Positions 1-7,561 of a stretch of DNA of 63,164 bases are shown here, in pieces; positions within the stretch are counted from its first letter, which is position 1, and the number at the start of each line of letters is the position of its first letter. The notes below the pieces were generated by a model. That model had not been told where the DNA came from and searched no databases. It was given only the letters and a program-made list of their open reading frames with translations. The stretch is from Ignavibacteria bacterium (lineage in GTDB: Bacteria; Bacteroidota; Ignavibacteria; Kapaibacteriales; UBA2268): assembly GCA_012522895.1 (NCBI GenBank), contig JAAYJM010000096.1:1-63164 (forward strand), read 5' to 3'. The position numbers and the translations under genes are program-made.

Positions 1-16
1 AGTAAAAACAATTTTT

Positions 17-640
17 ATGAATATTTTTAAAAGAAGCAAAGCAAAAAAAATAGATTGGGCGATTATTGGTCTCGGCAATCCAGAAGAAAAATACCTTCAG
101 AATAGGCATAATATAGGCGAAATGGTTGCGATTGACTTAGCTAAGCATTTTAAAAAAGAAAGGTTTAGTCGTTCTCATAATTTTTACGAAACTACAATTC
201 AAAGCGCTGGGCAGTCAATTCTTATAGCTTTGCCAACAACTTATATGAACAATTCCGGAAAAGCTGTAAAGAGAATTATGAGCAAGTATTCTATAGCAGC
301 GGATAATATTATCGTAATTCTTGACGAATATAATTTCCCACTTGGAAAAATCCATTTAAGGAAAAATGGAGGGGACGGCGGGCATAATGGAATTATTTCT
401 ATTATAGAGGAAATTGGAACTAATCAGTTTTTCCGTCTAAGATGCGGTATAGGAAAGGACTTTGAGCAAGGAGAAATGGCAAAATACGTGCTTTCCAATT
501 TCAAGCAAGAGGAAATTGAATTAAGGAATAAAATGATTGAAGACGCCGTAAAATCCCTTATTCACTTATTTAAAGTTACTGTTCCAAGAGGGATGTCCGA
601 CATTAATTCTGGTAAAATATTTGAGAAATTAGAGAATTAA
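17..640 (+). CDS. pth: peptidyl-tRNA hydrolase
   Basis: 207-aa ORF. It has the N-terminal GLGNPEEKYLQNRHNIG motif and an internal GGDGGHNGI motif, both characteristic of bacterial Pth. Confidence 0.9.
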   Translation: MNIFKRSKAKKIDWAIIGLGNPEEKYLQNRHNIGEMVAIDLAKHFKKERFSRSHNFYETTIQSAGQSILIALPTTYMNNSGKAVKRIMSKYSIAADNIIVILDEYNFPLGKIHLRKNGGDGGHNGIISIIEEIGTNQFFRLRCGIGKDFEQGEMAKYVLSNFKQEEIELRNKMIEDAVKSLIHLFKVTVPRGMSDINSGKIFEKLEN

Positions 641-649
641 AGTTTAAGA

Positions 650-669
650 GTCAAGCAGAGATGCTTGAC
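650..669. terminator. perfect 8-bp hairpin (gtcaagca-gaga-tgcttgac) between convergent pth and the receiver gene; possible bidirectional terminator
   Basis: The inverted repeat was read directly from the sequence. No clear T-run follows on either strand, so termination is uncertain. Confidence 0.3.
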
Positions 670-684
670 CTACTGGAACTATGC

Positions 685-759
685 TCCCGATTCCCGATTC
701 CTGATTCCCGATTCCCGATTCCCGATTCCCGATTCCCGACTCCTGATTCCCGATTCCCC
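685..759. repeat. tandem heptanucleotide repeat (TCCCGAT)n, about 10.7 units, two units degenerate (TCCTGAT)
   Basis: Units were counted directly: 685-691, 692-698 and so on to 755-759. The last unit abuts the TAA stop (760-762, minus strand) of the receiver gene. Confidence 0.95.
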
Positions 760-1401
760 TTACTTTTTAATTTTTAAAAGCAATTTCTTTATTGATTCGA
801 TGCTATTTTTTTCATCTTGTTGATAGCTTTGCATAAGCTGTTCTCTTGGAATGCTTACTTTAGCTGGCATTTCTTCGTTTTCAAAAATATCCACTTCCGT
901 AGATAAATCGAATAAAAAGCTATCCTCCCCATCGGCAGCAATAGATTCGGTGCTTAAATCAAAGTCATCGGAGAAATCATAGCTATCTAAAATTGGCTCT
1001 CCTTTTGCAATAAGCTCAAGGTTTTCTTTGCCATAAACAGCAAGTAGCTTTTCATAAATAGTTACGCGGGTGAAAGGCTTAGAAATAAAGCCAGCAGTTC
1101 CATATTTTACAGCAAGTCGTAAATTTTCGGAGTCTGATAGAGCTGAAACCATTATGATTGGAATATCTTTTGTAGAATGGATATGTTTTAAAACTTTCAA
1201 AGTAAGATGCCCCGACATTTCTGGCATTAAAATATCCATTATAACAATGTGAGGAGTATGCTCAACCGCAAGTGCAATGCCTTCAAATCCATTTGAGGCA
1301 AGTAGAATTTTTGTAAAGCCATAGCTTTGCATTGCTTTGGAAAGGATGCGTTGCATCCAAATATCGTCATCAACAATCAAAGCTGAATATTCCACTGTCA
1401 T
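760..1401 (-). CDS. CheY-like receiver-domain protein with an acidic C-terminal tail and no recognisable output domain
   Basis: 213 aa. Receiver motifs are LIVDDD, VIMDILMPEMSG and ISKPF. The last ~85 aa are D/E/S-rich with a duplicated FDLSTE motif. Confidence 0.8.
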   Translation of the reverse strand: MTVEYSALIVDDDIWMQRILSKAMQSYGFTKILLASNGFEGIALAVEHTPHIVIMDILMPEMSGHLTLKVLKHIHSTKDIPIIMVSALSDSENLRLAVKYGTAGFISKPFTRVTIYEKLLAVYGKENLELIAKGEPILDSYDFSDDFDLSTESIAADGEDSFLFDLSTEVDIFENEEMPAKVSIPREQLMQSYQQDEKNSIESIKKLLLKIKK

Positions 1402-1405
1402 AAAA

Positions 1406-1705
1406 TTACTTTTTTAATTTGTTTCGAGAAAAAAACAAGGTAGGCAATTCCTTTTCTTTAGCTTCGTTCTTTGGAAAATATAATTTGCTAAAAGCCATAG
1501 CCTGCTTAAAAGCGTCAAAACCTGTTCTAGCAGCTTGTTGATTCAATTCTATTATTTTATCGTAAATTTCTTTTCTATGGACTGGAATTGATTTAGGTGC
1601 GTCAATACCGAGTCGCACCACACCTCTATCGTAGTTCAGAACAGTAATTTTTACTTCCGAGCCGATGGTAATCACTTCACCAATTTTTCGCGATAATACT
1701 AACAT
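1406..1705 (-). CDS. csrA: carbon storage regulator CsrA (long, 99-aa form)
   Basis: N-terminus MLVLSRKIGE...VRLGIDAPKSIPVHRKEIY matches the CsrA fold signature. It lies directly downstream of fliW. Confidence 0.9.
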   Translation of the reverse strand: MLVLSRKIGEVITIGSEVKITVLNYDRGVVRLGIDAPKSIPVHRKEIYDKIIELNQQAARTGFDAFKQAMAFSKLYFPKNEAKEKELPTLFFSRNKLKK

Positions 1706-1722
1706 AATTTGTCCTATTAATC

Positions 1723-2148
1723 CTATTCTCTATGCTTTGTTATAACAAAATTTGGTGAATAGCGGTCTGATGGCAAGATAATTTGCTTGCCTTTTTGCTG
1801 CTTCACATCAAGAACAATTGGAGCTTTCAAATTTGCGGTCATTCTGCCATTGCCATCGTCAAGAGTAATGATTGTCAGCAGCACCTCGTTTTCTAAATCG
1901 AATTCTTTGCCCGGGCTATACGTAAAATCAACATGCCAAGGGCTGAGGCAAGGGAAACCAATATCTGGCACGTCTAATGAAATAAGCCATTTAAAAGGCG
2001 CCGTTTCTTCTTCGCTGATAAGAACAAATTCTCGCAGTTCTTCAAAACCCAAGACTCCATTTTCGAAATAGAATATGTGATTTTCACTTACTTCAAATTC
2101 GCCAAATTGAATTGTTCTTATTGTTCGTCCTTTGCCAGAGTTTTCCAT
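1723..2148 (-). CDS. fliW: flagellar assembly factor FliW
   Basis: 141 aa. It shows FGEFEV...FENGVLGFEELREFVLI...PFKWLISLD...NLKAPIVL, a typical FliW pattern and size, and is adjacent to csrA. Confidence 0.85.
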   Translation of the reverse strand: MENSGKGRTIRTIQFGEFEVSENHIFYFENGVLGFEELREFVLISEEETAPFKWLISLDVPDIGFPCLSPWHVDFTYSPGKEFDLENEVLLTIITLDDGNGRMTANLKAPIVLDVKQQKGKQIILPSDRYSPNFVITKHRE

Positions 2149-2165
2149 ATATTTCTCAATATTTT

Positions 2166-2915
2166 TTAAAAATTGTTATAACCGCTTATTGCTGGTGAGC
2201 TTATTGAAATTTTGGAGAGTGTGATTTCCACTCTTCTATTCAATGCTCGTCCTTCAGCGCTGTTGTTTTCTACAATAGGTCTTTCGGCTCCAAAACCTCT
2301 TATTATCAATTTGTTTTCTTGCAATCCTCTTTGAACTAATCTATATCCTACGTTCAAAGCTCGGGCAACAGAAAGGTGCCAATTAGATTCATAGCGGAAA
2401 GTCCGTATTGGATTGGAATCTGTATGCCCATCGACTGTCACCTGATAATCTAAGTTATTAAAAATCTTGGTTAAGCTATCGAGCAAAACGCCACCTTCTC
2501 TCTGTATTCCAGCTTTTGCAGGCTCAAAAAGCAATCGTTCAGACAAGGAAAAGACCAATTCTGAATCATGGATTCTTAAAGACAAAACTCCTTTTGATAT
2601 AAAGGATTTTAATGCGCTTTCTGCGTCAGAATATATTTCTTCAATACTTCTTTCAGGAGATGTATGCTCAAATATTGGCTCTGGAATGCCACTTTTGAAA
2701 CCCTCCATTACTCCGCTGCCTTTTTCTACCGCTCCAGCGGAGGCAAAGTAATCGGAAAATGCCTTTGCAAATTCTTGATATTTGCCTTCATCTACTTGCG
2801 CGCTGGCGTAAAGTATAATAAATAATCCTAAAAGTAGAGTAATTAAATCCGCATAGGTCAGCAGATACCTTTCTGAGTTATCCTTTGGCAGATTGCTTTT
2901 ATTTCTCTTTTTCAT
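2166..2915 (-). CDS. motB: flagellar stator protein MotB (OmpA-like C-terminal peptidoglycan-binding domain)
   Basis: The N-terminal TM/plug region is YLLTYADLITLLLGLFIILYA with the conserved Asp. The C-terminal OmpA motif is GHTD...NWHLSVARA...GFGAERP...NRRVEI. Confidence 0.8.
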   Translation of the reverse strand: MKKRNKSNLPKDNSERYLLTYADLITLLLGLFIILYASAQVDEGKYQEFAKAFSDYFASAGAVEKGSGVMEGFKSGIPEPIFEHTSPERSIEEIYSDAESALKSFISKGVLSLRIHDSELVFSLSERLLFEPAKAGIQREGGVLLDSLTKIFNNLDYQVTVDGHTDSNPIRTFRYESNWHLSVARALNVGYRLVQRGLQENKLIIRGFGAERPIVENNSAEGRALNRRVEITLSKISISSPAISGYNNF

Positions 2916-2923
2916 ACTTTCAT

Positions 2924-2950
2924 ATATCGGACTATTTTTTTAATACTTTA
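2924..2950 (-). promoter_or_regulatory. sigma-28 (FliA)-like promoter directly upstream of motB
   Basis: The minus strand reads TAAAGTAT-N11-TCCGATAT, against the consensus TAAAGTTT-N11-GCCGATAA. The -10 element ends 8 nt before the motB ATG at 2915. Confidence 0.45.
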
Positions 2951-3279
2951 TTTCCTTTTATTATAATGATAGATTTTAACAATAACAAATTTTAATAATA
3001 ACAAAATTGCAAATCTTTCATTTCGCAGCAAAGCATCAAAAGCGATTGCAATGCTTTGACTATATTTTTCAAATATCCACTATCAAAATCTATACCATTT
3101 TACGCTCTTTAAGTGCAAATATTTCAATAAACATTTACATTTTTTTCTTCACATTTATTATAGTCAATTTAATATTTATTTTTCTTTTTTTCAATAGTGA
3201 TATGTAAGATATTATAATTATTTTTGAAAAACTTGAAAAAAAAGAATTTTTTTTATAAATATAAGAAAAACAAAATAGT

Positions 3280-4542
3280 TTGATGCGGAATAATAAGGAC
3301 AGAGATTGCTACGAATACAAAAAAACAGAATTAGCGAATGGATTAAGAATTATAAGCGAATATGTTCCGAATTTAGAATCCTTTGCTTTGGGACTGAGCA
3401 TAAACACCGGCTCACGCAGCGACCCAAAGGAATTGTCTGGTTTAGCTCATTTTTTTGAGCATATTTGTTTTCGCGACACCGAGCATAGAACGAGCAAGCA
3501 AATTGCCTACCAACTTGAAAATATTGGAGCAAACGCAAACGCCTTTACTACAAAGGAAATGATTTGCTTTTATGCCCGCGCTCTCAAAAAACATTTTAAC
3601 TCTACGCTTCAAATACTTTCAGACATAGTTTTATTTCCAAAATTTGACTTGAAAGACATTGAAAAGGAAAAAAAAATCATTATTGAGGAAATAAAAAGCA
3701 TAGAAGACGACCCGGAGGAGCTTATTTTTGAGCAGGCAGATAAGATTTTATTTAAAAACTCAAAACTTGCCCAAACAATAGCCGGGACAGTGGAGAGCGT
3801 TAAAAACATTTCCCAAGCTGATATTATTAATTTTCACAAGCAACAGATTAGTCCCGAAAATATAATTGTATCTTTTGCTGGAAACATCTGCCACGATAGA
3901 GCCGTAGAAGCAATTAGCAAGCATTTCTCCCACTTGGAAAATAATGGCTATTTGCCTCTAAAAGAAAAATTTACATCCATTAAAAGTAAAAATCAATTTA
4001 AGAAGCCCTACCATCAAAACCATATCGTTATTTGCAGGAGGCTTCCCGGCATTAAGCATAAAGACAAAATGAGTTTGACAATACTTGCCTCGCTTCTTGG
4101 TGAAGGGTTTAGCTCGCGACTTTATCAGAAACTTAGAGAACAAAAAAGTTTGGCATACTCAGTTTTTGCCCAATCACACTTCTTTTCCGATGCAGGTGCA
4201 TTTTATATTTACATTGCTACAGACAAAGCCAACGCAGCAATTTCTAAAGTTCTTATTTTCGATGAGTTAGAGAATTTGACGACAAAAAAAATTCATAGCT
4301 CCGAGCTTAAGCGTGCAAAAGAGCTTACAAAAACCAATATCACAATTGAATTGGAGAGCTTAACTGCCCGTATGCAAAAATTAGCAAGTAATGAATTTCA
4401 TTTCGCTCGCAAGGAAGATTTAAGCTCAAAAATTGAGGAAATTAACTCAATTCAATTAGAAGACATTAAAGAAAGTGCAATAAAGTATTTCGACATAAAA
4501 AATTGGAAAACAATAGAGTTCCTATCGGACCCTCAATATTGA
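3280..4542 (+). CDS. M16 (pitrilysin) family zinc peptidase
   Basis: 420 aa. It has the inverted zinc motif HFFEH (HxxEH) near the N-terminus and M16-like length and layout. Confidence 0.85.
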   Translation: MMRNNKDRDCYEYKKTELANGLRIISEYVPNLESFALGLSINTGSRSDPKELSGLAHFFEHICFRDTEHRTSKQIAYQLENIGANANAFTTKEMICFYARALKKHFNSTLQILSDIVLFPKFDLKDIEKEKKIIIEEIKSIEDDPEELIFEQADKILFKNSKLAQTIAGTVESVKNISQADIINFHKQQISPENIIVSFAGNICHDRAVEAISKHFSHLENNGYLPLKEKFTSIKSKNQFKKPYHQNHIVICRRLPGIKHKDKMSLTILASLLGEGFSSRLYQKLREQKSLAYSVFAQSHFFSDAGAFYIYIATDKANAAISKVLIFDELENLTTKKIHSSELKRAKELTKTNITIELESLTARMQKLASNEFHFARKEDLSSKIEEINSIQLEDIKESAIKYFDIKNWKTIEFLSDPQY

Positions 4543-4613
4543 CGTTTCATTATGGCTCATTTGATATTACAATTTACTGATTTTTTACTCTATGAAAATG
4601 AGCAGAAAAGATT

Positions 4614-5879
4614 TTACACTACGACAGAAATACTGCTTCCAGCCTTTGCCGCTGAATCGCTTTTAAAACTAAGTTTGAAATCCTCCTTTTGCAAAAAATC
4701 TGCTCTGTTTGGAAGGAAATTGCCTTGACTAAATAAGGATTTTAATTCTTTTAAAGTTTCGTTTAATGCCTGCTTGAGTTCCGCATAATTTGAAAAAGCA
4801 TTTGAGCTAAGCAAATCATCAAAATCCTCGTCTTCAATATCAAGAATATCGCTAAATTCACTATTTAAGCTGATTTGATAATCGAAAAGGCTATCTTTTG
4901 CTCTTTTTTTGCTTTTCCTTTTTTTAAGGATTAGTTGGAAATATTTCCATTTTTTTTGCCTATCTCTATAAGGAATAAGGAAGAAAAAAGGAGTGTAATT
5001 CAATGTTGCATATAAATTTAAAATCGTTTGCCCTTCAATTGCATTAAGTAGCGGCTCAACTATATTTCGCAGTGCCGATTCATCACTTGCCTGCAAAGCA
5101 CCTTTGTGCAAAAGCTCGCTTAATAAGTTATAAAAATTAGCTCCTTCTAATCCAGAATGAAAGAAAAGAATTTTCTGGGAAACTGAAAAGCTTTCTAACT
5201 TTAGAAAAAAATTAAAAAGATTCTCAATAGCTTTTATTTTTGGCAAAGTTTTTAAAAAATCTATTAGCTTTTCTATTTGCAAACTAAGGAATTTGGCGCC
5301 CAGCACGCTCCCTTTTAACTTATCGAATGCTGGACTATTAAGCTCAATAGAATAATCATCGAAAAAGAAAAGAATTTTTAAAAGGTCAGAAAAACTTATA
5401 TTTTCATAGCTTTTTGCTGCAATAGCTTTGAAATTATTATAAATATTGATTAAATTTATTTTTGAAATAACCGCACTTTTGCTTTTAAAACGCTGAAGAA
5501 TTTGAAGAAAAATATCTTCATCGGGCAGATCTAAAATCCTCAATATTTCCTTATTCTCAAGCTCTTTGCCAGCTATTATTTGCGATACAGCGTAAATTTT
5601 GAGAATTAATGAAGGAGAAATGGAATCAACTTTAAAAAAAAGAACATCGCCAGGCTTCAGTCTGCCAGAAAATTCAGCTTTTAAATCTCCAATTGGGAGA
5701 CGGACCTCCGCTTCTTTTTGCGAATAAATTTTCAAGATTTTTCCTTGAACAATCTCGCCTTTTCTCAGCTGGATATTTTTTCCTTTGGCGGCTGGAATAG
5801 TGCGCTGAGGCTCATATTTCTTTTGAAATTGGCTTGTAATCGCATTCCTTGTTGCGCCTATTTCTATTGGCTTACTCAT
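4614..5879 (-). CDS. hypothetical protein (no family recognised)
   Basis: 421-aa long ORF whose start overlaps the stop of the upstream membrane-protein gene by 4 nt (5876-5879). It has an N-terminal beta-rich segment, GEIVQGKILKI...GDVLFFKV. Confidence 0.5.
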   Translation of the reverse strand: MSKPIEIGATRNAITSQFQKKYEPQRTIPAAKGKNIQLRKGEIVQGKILKIYSQKEAEVRLPIGDLKAEFSGRLKPGDVLFFKVDSISPSLILKIYAVSQIIAGKELENKEILRILDLPDEDIFLQILQRFKSKSAVISKINLINIYNNFKAIAAKSYENISFSDLLKILFFFDDYSIELNSPAFDKLKGSVLGAKFLSLQIEKLIDFLKTLPKIKAIENLFNFFLKLESFSVSQKILFFHSGLEGANFYNLLSELLHKGALQASDESALRNIVEPLLNAIEGQTILNLYATLNYTPFFFLIPYRDRQKKWKYFQLILKKRKSKKRAKDSLFDYQISLNSEFSDILDIEDEDFDDLLSSNAFSNYAELKQALNETLKELKSLFSQGNFLPNRADFLQKEDFKLSFKSDSAAKAGSSISVVV

Positions 5880-7297
5880 TTGCTCGTTCCGGCGATTAGT
5901 TTTGTTTTTGCCGATTTTGGTGAAAATTCAATCACTTTCAATCTATACCCCAATTTGCCGAATAAATTGTTCATTACAGAAAAAATAAAGCCGAGATAAA
6001 GCCAACTAATTGGAGTAATAAAATTATTAGCGGTAATGAAATTTATTATTACAATATGAATTAGCAAATAAAATGAGCAACTTGCAAGCGATTTATCTAT
6101 ATCGCTAAGCTCTTCATTTTTAGTTACTTCACGATTAAGCTTAAGCAGAGCAATAAAAAGTGATCCAAAAAATGCCAAATAAAATAAAGTGCCGATTGCT
6201 CCAGTTTCGGCAATAACTTGAGTCAATCCAGTATCGGCAAATTTTAAATCGACTTTTTTATTATAGCCAACCAGCCCAATCCCACAGCCTAAAAATGGAT
6301 GCTGAGCCCAAATTTCTACTGCTCGCTTTTGGTAATCGTATCGGGTGCTAACCGATTCTCCTTCAATGCTTTCTGCCCCTATTCGCTTTGATTTATAAAT
6401 CTTTTCCAACCTATTTGAAAAAAGCTTGGCTACGCTAATTTCCGTTACATTTTCAACGAGAGTATCGGTAATTGCTATGACAAAAATTGTGCCGACTAAA
6501 AAGTAAACAAAATATTTTAGACGTTTCGACCTTTCAAACAAAAAAACTGCAAAAGCAATAGCTGCAAAGCTAAGCAGTCCAGTCAAAGAAAATGTTAAAA
6601 ATAGCCCTGCAACTGCAAGTATTAAAACTATGCCTTTAACAAGATTAGATTTGATTATCCCCCTTTTAGTTTTTAAAAGAGGAATGACAAGAAAAATTAA
6701 AACAATTATATTATAGGAAGCATAAATCGAGGGTTCAGAAAAAATTGAGGTAGCTCGGAAAAAGTTTTCAAACTGCAAAGCAAGTTGCTGGTAGGGGTCA
6801 AAGCCTGAGGCTGTCCCTCTTGCAGTCAAGGATTCATTGCTCAACTCAAGCCATGCCAGGGGTAAATCGAATGCGCGAGCAGTAACCTGGTAAATGCCAA
6901 AGACGTTAATAAATATACTTAGTATTAAAAAAACTTTTAGAACAGTTTTCCATGAAAAATTTTCAATTTTATAAAAACAGCAAATCAAAGTAAATGCAGT
7001 TAAAAAAAGAAAGTGAATAGAAGTTTTTAAAAATTGAGTAATTTCATATTTATTAGCACTAATTAAGGGATTTATTCCAGAAATAAGAGCGATTGAAATG
7101 ACTATTGCCAGCAAAGTTAGGCTTGCGTTTGGCTGAAATTGAAGTTTATCACCGTTCCAAATTACTCTTTTGAGAAAATAAAAGTAAAAAAAAGCTAAAG
7201 CGATAATCACTGGAGCAACGCCATAAGTTCCAATCGCGAAAACTTGAAATGCTGCCAAAGTAGAAAAAGCAAATATTATGCTTAAAATAATAGTCAT
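5876..7297 (-). CDS. polytopic membrane protein, O-antigen ligase/polymerase (Wzy_C)-like
   Basis: 473 aa with about 10-12 hydrophobic segments and a large loop in the last third. The assignment rests on architecture only. Confidence 0.5.
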   Translation of the reverse strand: MTIILSIIFAFSTLAAFQVFAIGTYGVAPVIIALAFFYFYFLKRVIWNGDKLQFQPNASLTLLAIVISIALISGINPLISANKYEITQFLKTSIHFLFLTAFTLICCFYKIENFSWKTVLKVFLILSIFINVFGIYQVTARAFDLPLAWLELSNESLTARGTASGFDPYQQLALQFENFFRATSIFSEPSIYASYNIIVLIFLVIPLLKTKRGIIKSNLVKGIVLILAVAGLFLTFSLTGLLSFAAIAFAVFLFERSKRLKYFVYFLVGTIFVIAITDTLVENVTEISVAKLFSNRLEKIYKSKRIGAESIEGESVSTRYDYQKRAVEIWAQHPFLGCGIGLVGYNKKVDLKFADTGLTQVIAETGAIGTLFYLAFFGSLFIALLKLNREVTKNEELSDIDKSLASCSFYLLIHIVIINFITANNFITPISWLYLGFIFSVMNNLFGKLGYRLKVIEFSPKSAKTKLIAGTSK

Positions 7298-7438
7298 TCA
7301 CACGCACTAAATAAAAGCAAATTACTAATTACTATTGATTTATGCAATTTTTTTTCAAGATTTTCAATCTACTGCTTTTAAATAAAAATGTTCTTTTTTA
7401 AATTTTAGCATAAGTTAGGGAAAAAGGAATAAAATAAT

Positions 7439-7469
7439 TTTGCAATAATAAAAATATTTCGTAATTTTG
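7439..7469 (+). promoter_or_regulatory. Bacteroidota-type promoter (TTTG ... TAatTTTG) upstream of the tRNA
   Basis: TTTG at 7439-7442 and TAATTTTG at 7462-7469 are separated by 19 nt. The tRNA starts 14 nt downstream of the second element. Confidence 0.3.
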
Positions 7470-7482
7470 AAATCTTATAAGT

Positions 7483-7556
7483 GCCGGAGTAGCTCAGTCG
7501 GTCAGAGCAACGGAATCATAATCCGTGTGTCGGCGGTTCAATTCCGTCCTCCGGTA
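7483..7556 (+). tRNA. tRNA with CAT anticodon (elongator Met, or Ile2 if lysidine-modified); CCA not encoded
   Basis: I folded it by hand. Acceptor stem is GCCGGAG/CTCCGGT (G1-U72 wobble), D stem GCTC/GAGC, anticodon stem ACGGA/TCCGT, anticodon loop ATCATAA, T stem GGCGG/CCGTC with loop TTCAATT. It lacks the three G-C pairs of an initiator anticodon stem. Confidence 0.85.
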
Positions 7557-7561
7557 CAAAA

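Noticed and set aside
685-759. Possible CRISPR array or coding repeat.
   Set aside because: The unit is only 7 bp with no spacers, and no cas genes are present. It lies outside both flanking ORFs. It is a simple tandem repeat.
3007-3207. 66-aa hydrophobic ORF in the motB / M16 peptidase divergent intergenic region.
   Set aside because: The region is extremely AT-rich promoter DNA. The peptide is a poly-I/F/L artefact of T-rich sequence, and nothing supports coding.
7483-7556. Initiator tRNA-fMet assignment for the CAT tRNA.
   Set aside because: The anticodon stem is ACGGA/TCCGT, without the three consecutive G-C pairs. Position 1-72 is a G-U pair rather than the C-A mismatch typical of bacterial initiators.
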